Assembly (NCBI GenBank): GCA_030526225.1
Contig: JAUNDF010000025.1
Coordinates: 1-28,200 of the forward strand
Direction: 5' to 3'
Length of the DNA: 28,200 nucleotides
Origin: Clostridia bacterium
GTDB taxonomy: Bacteria > Bacillota > Clostridia > Christensenellales > Aristaeellaceae
The notes below the pieces were generated by a model that saw nothing but the letters and a program-made list of their open reading frames with translations, did no database searches and had not been told where the DNA came from. Below, piece after piece: positions 16,241 to 24,134 of the stretch. The number at the start of each line of letters is the position of its first letter. Position 1 is the first letter of the stretch. The position numbers and the translations under genes are program-made.

Positions 16241-17059
16241 ATGAATGGGAAATTAATTGCCGTTGGAGACAATGTTGTTGACTGCTATCTTGATGACGGT
16301 GTATACTATCCTGGTGGAAACGCCGTCAATGTTGCTGTCAATTGCAAGCGTGACGGCCTGACCGATGTTGCTTATATCGGCATGTTCGGCGATGATGAAA
16401 AAGCTGCCCATATCAAGTGGGCACTCAATATGGAAGGCATCACCTATGACCGCAGCCGCACCATGTACGCCCCCTCCGGTTCCCCGGGGGTGAAGCTTGT
16501 GGACGGCGACCGTCAGTTTGTGCCCGGCCTTCGCAACACCGCCCAGCATGTGGCCCGCATCCGCCTGATGCCCGAAGACCTGGATTATATCGGCCAATAT
16601 GATGTCTGCCATACCAGCTGCTTCTCTTCCATTGAGTACGAGTTGCCGGCCATGGCAAAGGTGTGTCAGGTATCCTTCGACTTTTCCGAGAATACGGATG
16701 AAGCCTACCTGCAGCGGGTTTGCCCCCATCTGACCTACGCCTTCTTCTCCGGTGCCGACAAAACGCCGGAGGAGCTGGACAAGCTCATCGACACCTGCCA
16801 CGCCCTGGGCGTGAAGGTGGTGGGCATTACCATGGGTTCCCGCGGCGCGCTGTTCTCCGAGGACGGCAAGCGCTATACCCAGGGCATCGTGAAGGTGGAA
16901 GCCATTGACACCATGGGTGCCGGCGACAGCTTTATTGCCGGCTTCCTCACCCGCCGCGTGCTGGGCGATGCCATGGAGGATGCCCTGCGCTACGCCGCGC
17001 AGGTGGCTGCCAATACCTGCATGATTCACGGCAGCTTCGGTTACCCCCATCAATTATAA
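16241..17059 (+). CDS. frlD: PfkB-family fructoselysine 6-kinase-like sugar kinase
   Basis: The start MNGKLIAVGDNVVDCY has a GAGGAGG RBS. GGNAVNVAV and IDTMGAGDSFIAGFL match my recollection of E. coli FrlD (IGDNCVD, GGNAVNVAV, IDTMGAGDSFIAGFL). Confidence 0.8.
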   Translation: MNGKLIAVGDNVVDCYLDDGVYYPGGNAVNVAVNCKRDGLTDVAYIGMFGDDEKAAHIKWALNMEGITYDRSRTMYAPSGSPGVKLVDGDRQFVPGLRNTAQHVARIRLMPEDLDYIGQYDVCHTSCFSSIEYELPAMAKVCQVSFDFSENTDEAYLQRVCPHLTYAFFSGADKTPEELDKLIDTCHALGVKVVGITMGSRGALFSEDGKRYTQGIVKVEAIDTMGAGDSFIAGFLTRRVLGDAMEDALRYAAQVAANTCMIHGSFGYPHQL

Positions 17060-17108
17060 TCATTGCCCTTGACCGGTGCGGCAGGGGCTGCGTTTTGGAG
17101 GCCTTGCC

Positions 17109-17879
17109 ATGTCTATATTGGATACCAACAATGCCGTTCCGCTGTTTGAGCAGGTCAAGCTTCAGCTGCTGCAAAAGCTGGAGGACGGCATTTATCCGAC
17201 CGGTGCCCGTATGCCCTCCGAGGCAGAGCTGTGCGAAAAATATAATGTGAGCCGGATTACCATCCGCCGGGCAGTGAACGATCTGGTGGAGGATGGCTAT
17301 CTGGAGCGCCGTCAGGGAAAGGGTACCTTTGTGGCCACCAAGCGCACGCCGGTTGCCATGCTGCCCCTTGATGATCAGGCAAGCGTGGGCTTTTCCCTGC
17401 GTTACAAGGACAGGAAAAAAAGTATTATCATCAGCGAGAAGGAATATGCCGCCAACAGCCACGAGCAGCAGACGCTCCATCTGCAGCCCAACGATACGGT
17501 GCTGGTGCTGTACCGGCAGATTCTGGTGGACGGCAAGCCCTGGATGCTTGACCGCGCCACCTATCCTGCCAAAAAATTTCCCGGCTTCTTCGAGCAGATT
17601 ACCGATGACACCTCCACCTATGCCGTCCTTTCCGATCAGTACGGGGTATCCATGGTCACCGCTCACCGTGAAATCAGCCTGGCCTATGCCACCAATGAGC
17701 AGGCCCGGCTCCTGGATCTGGCTCCCGGTGCTCCCCTGTTTAAAACCTTCAAGCTCGTCTGTGACCGTGACGGCAATCCCGTGCATATGTCCTACACCTA
17801 CAGTCAGGCCGAAAATGTGGTCATCACCCTGGACAACTGCGATTGCTGCGCAGTCCCCGAGCAAAATCACCGGCCTTAA
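17109..17879 (+). CDS. frlR: GntR/HutC-family transcriptional regulator (wHTH plus UTRA domain), FrlR-like
   Basis: The start MSILDTNNAVPLFEQVK has a GGAGG RBS. It contains PSEAELCEKYNVSRITIRRAVNDLVEDGYLERRQGKGTFV and a UTRA-like C-terminal half. Confidence 0.8.
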   Translation: MSILDTNNAVPLFEQVKLQLLQKLEDGIYPTGARMPSEAELCEKYNVSRITIRRAVNDLVEDGYLERRQGKGTFVATKRTPVAMLPLDDQASVGFSLRYKDRKKSIIISEKEYAANSHEQQTLHLQPNDTVLVLYRQILVDGKPWMLDRATYPAKKFPGFFEQITDDTSTYAVLSDQYGVSMVTAHREISLAYATNEQARLLDLAPGAPLFKTFKLVCDRDGNPVHMSYTYSQAENVVITLDNCDCCAVPEQNHRP

Positions 17880-17897
17880 ATCGCTCCTCTTTACATC

Positions 17898-17936
17898 GGC
17901 GTCATCCGCGGTGCATTCCGCAGATGGCGCCTTTTT
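17898..17936 (+). terminator. Intrinsic terminator after frlR
   Basis: The stem GGCGTCAT (17898-17905) / ATGGCGCC (17924-17931) has one G-U pair. It is followed by T5 (17932-17936). Confidence 0.6.
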
Positions 17937-18074
17937 GCATTTGTGCCAAGGTGTATGACAAAATGCTCCCTACCCGTGCCTTACACAAAGCAGCCCAGGG
18001 CTTTGCAGGACAACGGGCAGGGAGCTTTTATGCATTAGTATAGATGATGCTGCGCTGTGTGTTCTTACCCTTTT

Positions 18075-18197
18075 GTAACGCATTAGAGGTTCTGTAACCC
18101 AGCAAAACCAAGGGGTTCAGGGCGGTGAAAACGGCTGTTTTTGATGGGGATGATATATTCTTCGTCCGTGGCAAAAATCGGAATTCTAACGCGTTAT
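18075..18197. repeat. AT-rich IR-bounded element, copy B
   Basis: An imperfect inverted repeat GTAACGCATTAGA (18075-18087) / TCTAACGCGTTAT (18185-18197) matches 11 of 13 positions. TAACCCAGCAA lies at 18095-18105. The block 18135-18171 is about 80% identical by eye to 10666-10700 of copy A. Confidence 0.65.
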
Positions 18198-18259
18198 CCA
18201 ATTGCACTCGTTTTCCTGTTTAGCATTTCAACTTTAATGGAATATGCATCTATGGGATT

Positions 18260-18294
18260 GAACTGCGCAGTTAACAAATGCGCGTTCCTTTTTT
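18260..18294 (+). terminator. Orphan plus-strand intrinsic terminator with no annotated gene upstream
   Basis: GAAC(T)GCGCA (18260-18269) / TGCGCGTTC (18279-18287) forms a 9-bp stem with one bulge. After one C comes T6 (18289-18294). Confidence 0.5.
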
Positions 18295-18334
18295 GAACTG
18301 GCCGCAACGCTTCCCTTTATAATGCGTCATCAGG

Positions 18335-19051
18335 TTAATTAATAATGTCTGCACCCTCATCAACCCATATCAAGAGTTTTTCAACTTCCCAAAATGATTT
18401 CCCGTCAAAAACTGGTGCAATTAAGAAATGTTTTTTCAATTCATCCACATCGGTCCCTGATTTTTCAAATACACGCTCATAATCAATCAGGCTTCCTTCA
18501 CCAGTCACAAACTGGTGATATAATCGTCCATCGGATTCTGCCTTCCAACGGTCTACAAAGCAGGTTGTCGTGTTCGTTTCAAAATCAGTTACAGCTTCGC
18601 ACCAGTATACATATCCCTGATAGAAAACAGAAGCCCCCATGTACCATCCAGTATCCAAAAACTGTGAAAGTTTGCCGTTTTTCACAAGCCATACACCTCC
18701 AAGTATTTCTTGAACTTCTTGTACAATGGATGCGCTTTTCGCCTTCACGGAAAAGGACACCGTTTCGGTCAAGGAAGTACAGGAACAGCGCCGGAATTCT
18801 ACGCCTCGTTTGGACTTAACTCGGTATCCCACGGAAATAATCATGTCAAGGCTGTAATACTCGGTCATGTGCGTATGTGTTTTTCCTTCCATCGCACCAT
18901 GCTGAGTGGTAGTCGCAAATTTTGCGACAACCTCTTCCCTGTCCAGTTCTTCCTTCAGCGCATTGGCGATATGCTTGACGACGGTCTTCACATCCCGGCC
19001 AAAGAGCTCTGCAAGCTGATTGCGGTTCAGCCAGACGGTTTCCGCATCCAT
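18335..19051 (-). CDS. Chimeric ORF: truncated RhuM-family N-terminal segment fused to an unrelated, AT-richer C-terminal region of unknown function
   Basis: Residues 1-88 (MDAETVWLNRNQLAELFGRDVKTV...YYSLDMIISVGYRVKSKRGVEFRR) match the conserved RhuM core. They lack the usual roughly 25 N-terminal residues. After FRR the sequence no longer resembles RhuM, and base composition is visibly AT-richer from about 18335 to 18790. There is no RBS. A TTGTGA-17-TATACT promoter ends 6 nt before the ATG. Confidence 0.5.
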   Translation of the reverse strand: MDAETVWLNRNQLAELFGRDVKTVVKHIANALKEELDREEVVAKFATTTQHGAMEGKTHTHMTEYYSLDMIISVGYRVKSKRGVEFRRCSCTSLTETVSFSVKAKSASIVQEVQEILGGVWLVKNGKLSQFLDTGWYMGASVFYQGYVYWCEAVTDFETNTTTCFVDRWKAESDGRLYHQFVTGEGSLIDYERVFEKSGTDVDELKKHFLIAPVFDGKSFWEVEKLLIWVDEGADIIN

Positions 19052-19086
19052 GTCCGCAGTATATCACAAACTGTCATACCTCACAA

Positions 19087-19120
19087 GAAAAAGCACCCAT
19101 CCCAACCGGGACAGGTGCTT
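19087..19120 (-). terminator. Intrinsic terminator of the rplM-rpsI operon
   Basis: The minus strand reads AAGCACC-TGTCCCGGTTGGGAT-GGGTGCTT followed by TTTC. It lies about 25 nt after the rpsI stop. Confidence 0.65.
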
Positions 19121-19143
19121 GGAAAAGCTATTCTCGTGCGAAA

Positions 19144-19533
19144 TCAGCGCTTGCTGAACTGGGGAGCACGACGGGCAGCCTTCAGGCCGTACTTCTTACG
19201 TTCCTTCATGCGAGGATCGCGGGTCAGCAGGCCTTCCTTCTTCAGGGTGGCGCGCAGCTCGGGATCGGCCTTGCACAGGGCACGGCTGATGCCGTGACGG
19301 ATGGCACCGGCCTGGCCGGACAGACCACCGCCGGTAACGTTTACCAGCACGTCATAGTTGTTGACGTTGGTCAGGGCCATGGGCTGACGAACAACCATCT
19401 TCAGGGTCTCGAGACCGAAGTAGTTGTCGATATCACGCTTGTTGATGACGATCTTGCCGTCACCGGCAACCAGGCGAACGCGGGCAACGGCCTTCTTGCG
19501 GCGGCCGACAGCGCTATAATCAATCTTAGCCAT
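19144..19533 (-). CDS. rpsI: 30S ribosomal protein S9
   Basis: 129-aa ORF: [21 protein letters not shown]...[19 protein letters not shown]...RAPQFSKR. It has a GGAAGGAG RBS and a TGA stop. Confidence 0.97.
   Translation of the reverse strand: MAKIDYSAVGRRKKAVARVRLVAGDGKIVINKRDIDNYFGLETLKMVVRQPMALTNVNNYDVLVNVTGGGLSGQAGAIRHGISRALCKADPELRATLKKEGLLTRDPRMKERKKYGLKAARRAPQFSKR
19164..19193. repeat. Direct repeat copy 2, inside the intact rpsI 3' end
   Basis: Identical 30-mer to 10419-10448. Confidence 0.9.
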
Positions 19534-19557
19534 GATTCACTATCTCCTTCCGTAAAA

Positions 19558-19986
19558 TTACAGCTCGATCTTCTCAGGATTCTGAGCGGCATGGGGATGC
19601 TCAGCACCTGCATAGACCTTCAGCTTCTTGGCCATCTGGCGGCCCAGGGGTCCCTTGGGCAGCATGCCGGTCACAGAACGACGGATGGCGAAAGCGGGCT
19701 TTTCAGCCAGCAGCTTGCGGTACTTGGTTTCCTTCAGTCCGCCCGGGAAGCCGCTGTGATGATAGTAAATCTTCTGATCCAGCTTCTTGCCGGTCATCAC
19801 AACTTTATCTGCATTGATGATGATGACGAAATCACCGGTATCAACGTTGGGAGTATAAATCGGCTTGTTCTTGCCGCGCAGGATGTTAGCAACCTGGCTG
19901 CACAGACGGCCATAAACCTGGCCCTCAGCGTCAATGACATACCACTTGCGGGTGATGTCAGCTGCCTTCGGCATAAAAGTCTTCAA
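19558..19986 (-). CDS. rplM: 50S ribosomal protein L13 (TTG start)
   Basis: (M)[27 protein letters not shown]... is a conserved L13 sequence. The only start with an RBS is TTG at 19984-19986, with GAGGAGG 8 nt upstream. The longer 161-aa ORF prefix has no RBS and no L13 similarity. Confidence 0.93.
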   Translation of the reverse strand: MKTFMPKAADITRKWYVIDAEGQVYGRLCSQVANILRGKNKPIYTPNVDTGDFVIIINADKVVMTGKKLDQKIYYHHSGFPGGLKETKYRKLLAEKPAFAIRRSVTGMLPKGPLGRQMAKKLKVYAGAEHPHAAQNPEKIEL

Positions 19987-20092
19987 TGGTATTTCCTCCT
20001 CGAAAATGGTTGAGAGAAAAACGTGTCGGTGTGATGGTCGCACACTTTCACTGTGTCAATAGTTTCCGGGGCTGGCGGAGCTATCGATACCA
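19987..20092 (-). promoter_or_regulatory. rplM-rpsI 5' leader with a terminator-like hairpin (possible L13 autoregulatory leader)
   Basis: The leader is about 105 nt long. The minus strand reads GTGTGCG-ACCATCACAC-CGACAC followed by GTTTTTCTCTC (complement of 20017-20045). This lies just upstream of the RBS. Confidence 0.35.
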
Positions 20093-20098
20093 TCTGCT

Positions 20099-20127
20099 AT
20101 TTTACTGCAGATTCAGGGAAAAGTCAA
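20099..20127 (-). promoter_or_regulatory. SigA-type promoter of rplM-rpsI
   Basis: The minus strand reads TTGACT (complement of 20122-20127), a 17-nt spacer, then TAAAAT (complement of 20099-20104). Confidence 0.6.
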
Positions 20128-20210
20128 TACAAAATATTGCGATTCATCAAGGAATTTTGCTTGATAGGAGGTGCTTCGCCTCTTCCATTTTTGCTCCTTC
20201 CATGCCGGAT

Positions 20211-21965
20211 TCATTCCGCGCACAGATGCTCCGCGTATTTCCGCGCCATCTCGTACCAGTTGTACAGGGATTCGCCCATCACCGCGCCGCAGCTTTCCCG
20301 GTACATGGCCCATACGAACCAGTACCATGCGATGAGGGCGGTGTAGGCCATGTAGTGGAACATCAGCGTTTCGTCGCGATTGCCCTCCAGATAGGCAAGG
20401 ATGAACCGCTCCGCCGTGTCAAAATCGTACATGGCATCCACGATGTAATAGCCCACGTCCACACCGGGGTCGGCATAGCCGGCGTATTCCCAGTCGATGA
20501 GAATCACATCCCCGTCGGGCTTGAGCATCCAGTTGTGGCAGTAGGTGTCGCCGTGGCAGAAGCAGGGCTGAACGCCATCCCCCAGGGTCTTCTCATACAG
20601 GGCGTGAATTTTTGCCTTCAGGCCCTCAAAGGGCGCCATGCAGTTGGGGTCCTTTTGGCGCAGCAGCGCTTCCATGGCCAGCGCATCCTCCCAGGGGCGC
20701 AGACCGTAATCCACCTTCACCGGCAGGCTGTGGAGCCGCCGGAGCATGGCCACCACCTTTTCGCTGTCGGTCTCGCTGGCATAATCCGGTTCGCGGAAGA
20801 CCGGCACGTAGCGGGAAATCTTCCAGCCCTCCTGCACATCGGCGCAGATGAAGGTGGGGTCGATGCCCCTTTCCCGGGCAATCTCCAGCGAGCGGCGCTC
20901 GTTTTCCCGGCTGATGATGTTCGCCGTGCCGTCCCCGGGGTGGCGGTAGATGTAGTCCTCATCGCCGATGCGGAACACGAAGGAGGTGTTGGTCAGCCCC
21001 TCGGAAATGTTGCGGAAGCCGATGATGTCCTTTTCGCTGCAGCCGAACACCTTCGCGATGTTGCCCATGATGCGGCTGTGGGTTTCCCCCAGATAGGCAT
21101 CGTCAAAGCGGCGCAGCTCCTCAAAATAGTCGAACTCAAAGATGCAGTCCGGGCCGTATTTCTTCATATATAACGGTGGCAGCTGCTCCAGCTGGTCCTT
21201 CACCATCCATTCCCAGAACATGTGGTCATAGATGCCCGTGTGCAGGTCCTCCTCCGCCAGACGCAGGAACGCCTCCGCGAAATCCGCCGTCCAGAAGACA
21301 TGCCCCGCCATGATGGTGCCGCCGTTTTCCCCCGGGCGCATGGACAGGATGCGGCCGTCCTCCCCGCAGGTGACGTACATCTCGTTGATTCTGTCCGCGG
21401 TGGCAATGCCGGCATTGAAGCTGCGGTACTCAAAGGTGCGGAAGGGGCTCACCGTGAGGTAATGGTCACAGCAGCACAGGTAGGCATCACACAAAGCATC
21501 ACCGGCCAGCCGGATGGACTCGATGTTGTTCTTCACGCTGTAGCGCTCGTTGAACACGAACCGTACATCATACTTGTCCCGCAGGTAGAAGAACATCTCC
21601 GCCTTGTAGCCCAGCACCACGGTGATATCGGTGATGCCGGCCTCCCGCAGCTGCTTGATTTGCCGCTCAATCAGCCGCTCGCCCTTCACCTCAAACAGGC
21701 CCTTGGGCTGCTCCAGGGACAGGGGAATGAACCGGGTGGACGGCCCCGCCGCCAGAATCACCGCACCCTTGACGCGGTACGGTTCCAGCGCCTCCTCACC
21801 CTTTTGGGTGATGGCCGGGGGATTCACCGTCACCAGACCCTCCTGCGCCAGCCGGGGCAGCAGCGCGGCCTCGTCACAGCCTTCCGCAGAGGGAAGCACC
21901 GTCCGCCCCCGTGCGCGGTCGTACAAATCGTTCAGCAGGCAAAACGCCTGATAGGTCAGTTCCAT
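20211..21965 (-). CDS. Bifunctional LicC-like nucleotidyltransferase / LicA-like choline (amino-alcohol) kinase with an N-terminal wHTH-like extension
   Basis: 584-aa ORF with an AAGGAG RBS. The nucleotidyltransferase region has GAVILAAGPSTRFIPLSLEQPKGL. The C-terminal kinase fold has HGDTYCHNWMLKPDGDVILIDWEYAGYADPGVDVG (Brenner/APH-type motifs). Stop is TGA. Confidence 0.8.
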   Translation of the reverse strand: MELTYQAFCLLNDLYDRARGRTVLPSAEGCDEAALLPRLAQEGLVTVNPPAITQKGEEALEPYRVKGAVILAAGPSTRFIPLSLEQPKGLFEVKGERLIERQIKQLREAGITDITVVLGYKAEMFFYLRDKYDVRFVFNERYSVKNNIESIRLAGDALCDAYLCCCDHYLTVSPFRTFEYRSFNAGIATADRINEMYVTCGEDGRILSMRPGENGGTIMAGHVFWTADFAEAFLRLAEEDLHTGIYDHMFWEWMVKDQLEQLPPLYMKKYGPDCIFEFDYFEELRRFDDAYLGETHSRIMGNIAKVFGCSEKDIIGFRNISEGLTNTSFVFRIGDEDYIYRHPGDGTANIISRENERRSLEIARERGIDPTFICADVQEGWKISRYVPVFREPDYASETDSEKVVAMLRRLHSLPVKVDYGLRPWEDALAMEALLRQKDPNCMAPFEGLKAKIHALYEKTLGDGVQPCFCHGDTYCHNWMLKPDGDVILIDWEYAGYADPGVDVGYYIVDAMYDFDTAERFILAYLEGNRDETLMFHYMAYTALIAWYWFVWAMYRESCGAVMGESLYNWYEMARKYAEHLCAE

Positions 21966-21977
21966 GGCTCGTCTCCT

Positions 21978-23546
21978 TTATGCCTTTGCGGATGAAAACA
22001 TGGCCGCCACAAGGCTTGGCACCACCGGCCGTTTGCAGGATGCATAGGGCTTGCCCGCCAGCAGCAGCTGCTCCACCTGCAGGGTGTGCAGTTTGTCCGC
22101 CGGGGTCTCGTAGGGGTTGCCGGACAGGATGACCATGTCGGCCACCTTGCCCATTTCCAGGGTGCCGCGGGTGTCATCATCAAAGGCGGCGGCATAGCCG
22201 TTGACGGTGCACATGCGCAGTGCCTCCTGCACCGTCAGCCGCTGGGCCGGGTTGGTGTGGTTCACTGCCTTGTCCATCCACGCGATGGGGTCAGGCTCGG
22301 TGCAGGGTGCATCGGAGCCGGCGGAAATCATCACGCCCTTGTCCCAGAAATCCCGCAGGGGATTGAGGGCTTCGGCGCGCTCCGGCCCCAGAATCTGCGC
22401 CAGATATTCATCCGGCTCCTGCTTCCAGCCGATAAAGGCAGACTGCACCGGCATCTGAATGTGGTACTGCTGACAGATGGCCAGCCCCTCCGCCGTGGGC
22501 AGGCAGTCATGGATGATGCCGTGGCGGTGGTCCTCCCGGGGGAAGTCATCCAGCGCGGCCTTCAGGCAGCGGCAGGCCTGGTCAAAGGCACGGTCGCCGA
22601 TGGCATGCAGCTCGATTTGCAGCCCCGCCCGGTTGGCCTTTTTGCAGAACGCCGTCACCTTTTCATCATCGTAATACAATACGCCAAGGTCCTTGCCGTC
22701 ATCCGCATAGGGCTGATTCATGGCCGCATCGTGGGAGCCGAAGCAGCCATCCAGCGCACACTGGAAGCATCCGCCGATGCGGGGCAGACCGCGCCGGAGC
22801 GCCGTGTTCACATCCAGCGACTGGGGGAATACCCGCACCTGAAAGCCGTTTTTCAGGGACTTGGCAAACAGCATCTCCATGGTGATGTCCAGATTCATGG
22901 GGAAGCCTACGCCGCTGACAGTGTGCACACAGCCGATGCCCTTCTTCGCCAGATCATCCACCGCCTGCTGCATATGCCCGATGAGCCCCAGCACGGAAAT
23001 GGAGCCGGTGATGTCATCGGAGACCTTGAAGAACGCCTCCTGATTCATCTCCCCCGTGTCGGGATGATAGCCCCGCAAGCCCTCCACCTTGCGCTTCAGC
23101 CTTGCCAGCAGCTTGCTGTTGACGATGCAGGCGTGGCCGTCATACTTGACCACCATCACCTCCCGGTCGGGCACCACGCTGTCCAGCTCCTCCCGGGAAA
23201 TCAGCCGCCCTTCCGCCACGGAATAGGGCGATGCCCCGAAGGCAATGAGGGTCCTGCCCTTTTCCCGGGCGGCAAAATCCCCCAGCAGCTGCATAATCTC
23301 CTTGTTGGAGACGGCCTCCATCACATTCAGCCCCGCATGGAAAATGGCATAGGAGGCCAGATGCTCATGGGTATCGGCAAAGGACGGCACCAGCGCCCGG
23401 TCGCCCAGGTCAATCCGTTCAGCAGATTGATACTCCTCCGGCAGCGTATCGCCGGTATACACGATTTTTCCCCCATCCTCCACCAGATAGCGGACCACCC
23501 GGTTGTCCCTGTCCACGGTGAGAATGGCACCGGTATAGCACTTCAT
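21978..23546 (-). CDS. Amidohydrolase-family (amidohydrolase 3, metal-dependent TIM-barrel) hydrolase
   Basis: The ORF is open to 23564. I prefer the third ATG (MKCYTGAILTV) because GAAAGGA lies 8 nt upstream. It has the HxH metal motif FADTHEHL and ...HAIGDRA...SAGSDAPC. Its stop lies 12 nt before the downstream lic gene start. Confidence 0.8.
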   Translation of the reverse strand: MKCYTGAILTVDRDNRVVRYLVEDGGKIVYTGDTLPEEYQSAERIDLGDRALVPSFADTHEHLASYAIFHAGLNVMEAVSNKEIMQLLGDFAAREKGRTLIAFGASPYSVAEGRLISREELDSVVPDREVMVVKYDGHACIVNSKLLARLKRKVEGLRGYHPDTGEMNQEAFFKVSDDITGSISVLGLIGHMQQAVDDLAKKGIGCVHTVSGVGFPMNLDITMEMLFAKSLKNGFQVRVFPQSLDVNTALRRGLPRIGGCFQCALDGCFGSHDAAMNQPYADDGKDLGVLYYDDEKVTAFCKKANRAGLQIELHAIGDRAFDQACRCLKAALDDFPREDHRHGIIHDCLPTAEGLAICQQYHIQMPVQSAFIGWKQEPDEYLAQILGPERAEALNPLRDFWDKGVMISAGSDAPCTEPDPIAWMDKAVNHTNPAQRLTVQEALRMCTVNGYAAAFDDDTRGTLEMGKVADMVILSGNPYETPADKLHTLQVEQLLLAGKPYASCKRPVVPSLVAAMFSSAKA

Positions 23547-23624
23547 GTTGATCATCCTTTCCATAGGGGTTACAATTCCGAAAATCCTGCGAAATTCATC
23601 GCTTCGGGCAAATTCCCAGCAGAA

Positions 23625-23677
23625 ACCTCATCCGTCACGCCGCAAGCGGCGCGCCACCTTCCCCAGAGGGGAAGGCA
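23625..23677. repeat. 53-bp inverted repeat, left arm, flanking the DUF559 gene
   Basis: ACCTCATCCGTCACGCCGCAAGCGGCGCGCCACCTTCCCCAGAGGGGAAGGCA contains two hairpins: CGCCGC-AA-GCGGCG and CCTTCCCC-AGA-GGGGAAGG. It matches the reverse complement of 24206-24258 at 49 of 53 positions. Confidence 0.85.
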
Positions 23678-23735
23678 ATTTTTGTTTACGCCTTGGCGAA
23701 TGATATCTCTGTATTCGTCTTCATCTGATTCTTGT

Positions 23736-24134
23736 TTATTCTTCCGGACCTTCTCCGTAAGGGTTTGCCATGAAATATTTGCTTCTCTTCTGTGTAACCG
23801 TATCAATTTCAAGACAGACATCGTCAAAATGAGAATCAATTTGGCTGTTTGTAAAACGAAGCACCTGCAAATGGTATCGTTTCAGCATCTGTGTACGCTC
23901 TTCGTCATATGCGGCCCCCTGCTTTGTAAAGTGCTGCATGCCATCCACCTCAACAACAAGCTTTGCTGCCGCACAATAGAAATCAACAATAAAGCAGTCT
24001 ATTTGCTTCTGCCGCCGGAACTGTATCGGATATAGTCGCAAGTACTCATACCAAAGCCGTTTTTCCTAAGGCGTCATATTTCTGCGCAAATCTTGAGCCG
24101 CCTGTTTATTCTTTCTGTCATAGTGAATAATCAC
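23736..24134 (-). CDS. DUF559 (Vsr-like) endonuclease-domain protein with one in-frame TAG at 24066-24068
   Basis: A GTG start at 24132-24134 has a GAGGGA RBS 5 nt upstream. Translation is VIIHYDRKNKQAAQDLRRNMTP[TAG]EKRLWYEYLRLYPIQFRRQKQIDCFIVDFYCAAAKLVVEVDGMQH...LRFTNSQI. It is colinear with typical DUF559 proteins (MTxxExxLW, FRRQ, DFYC, VExDG). Stop is TAA. Confidence 0.75.

Noticed and set aside
10419-19193. A clean attL/attR model: an island integrated into the 3' end of rpsI by a site-specific recombinase.
   Set aside because: Rejected only as a clean model; the repeat itself is real. DNA adjacent to the left copy does not encode an S9 tail. The rpsI stop and its terminator lie inside the bracket. 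No integrase or recombinase gene is present.
23570-23839. 89-aa minus-strand ORF spanning the left inverted repeat and the 3' end of the DUF559 gene. Related ORFs lie at 24131-24340 and 24200-24538 over the right repeat.
   Set aside because: These are translations of the GC-rich hairpin repeats (…LPLWGRWRAACGVTDEV…). They overlap better-supported features and have no RBS.
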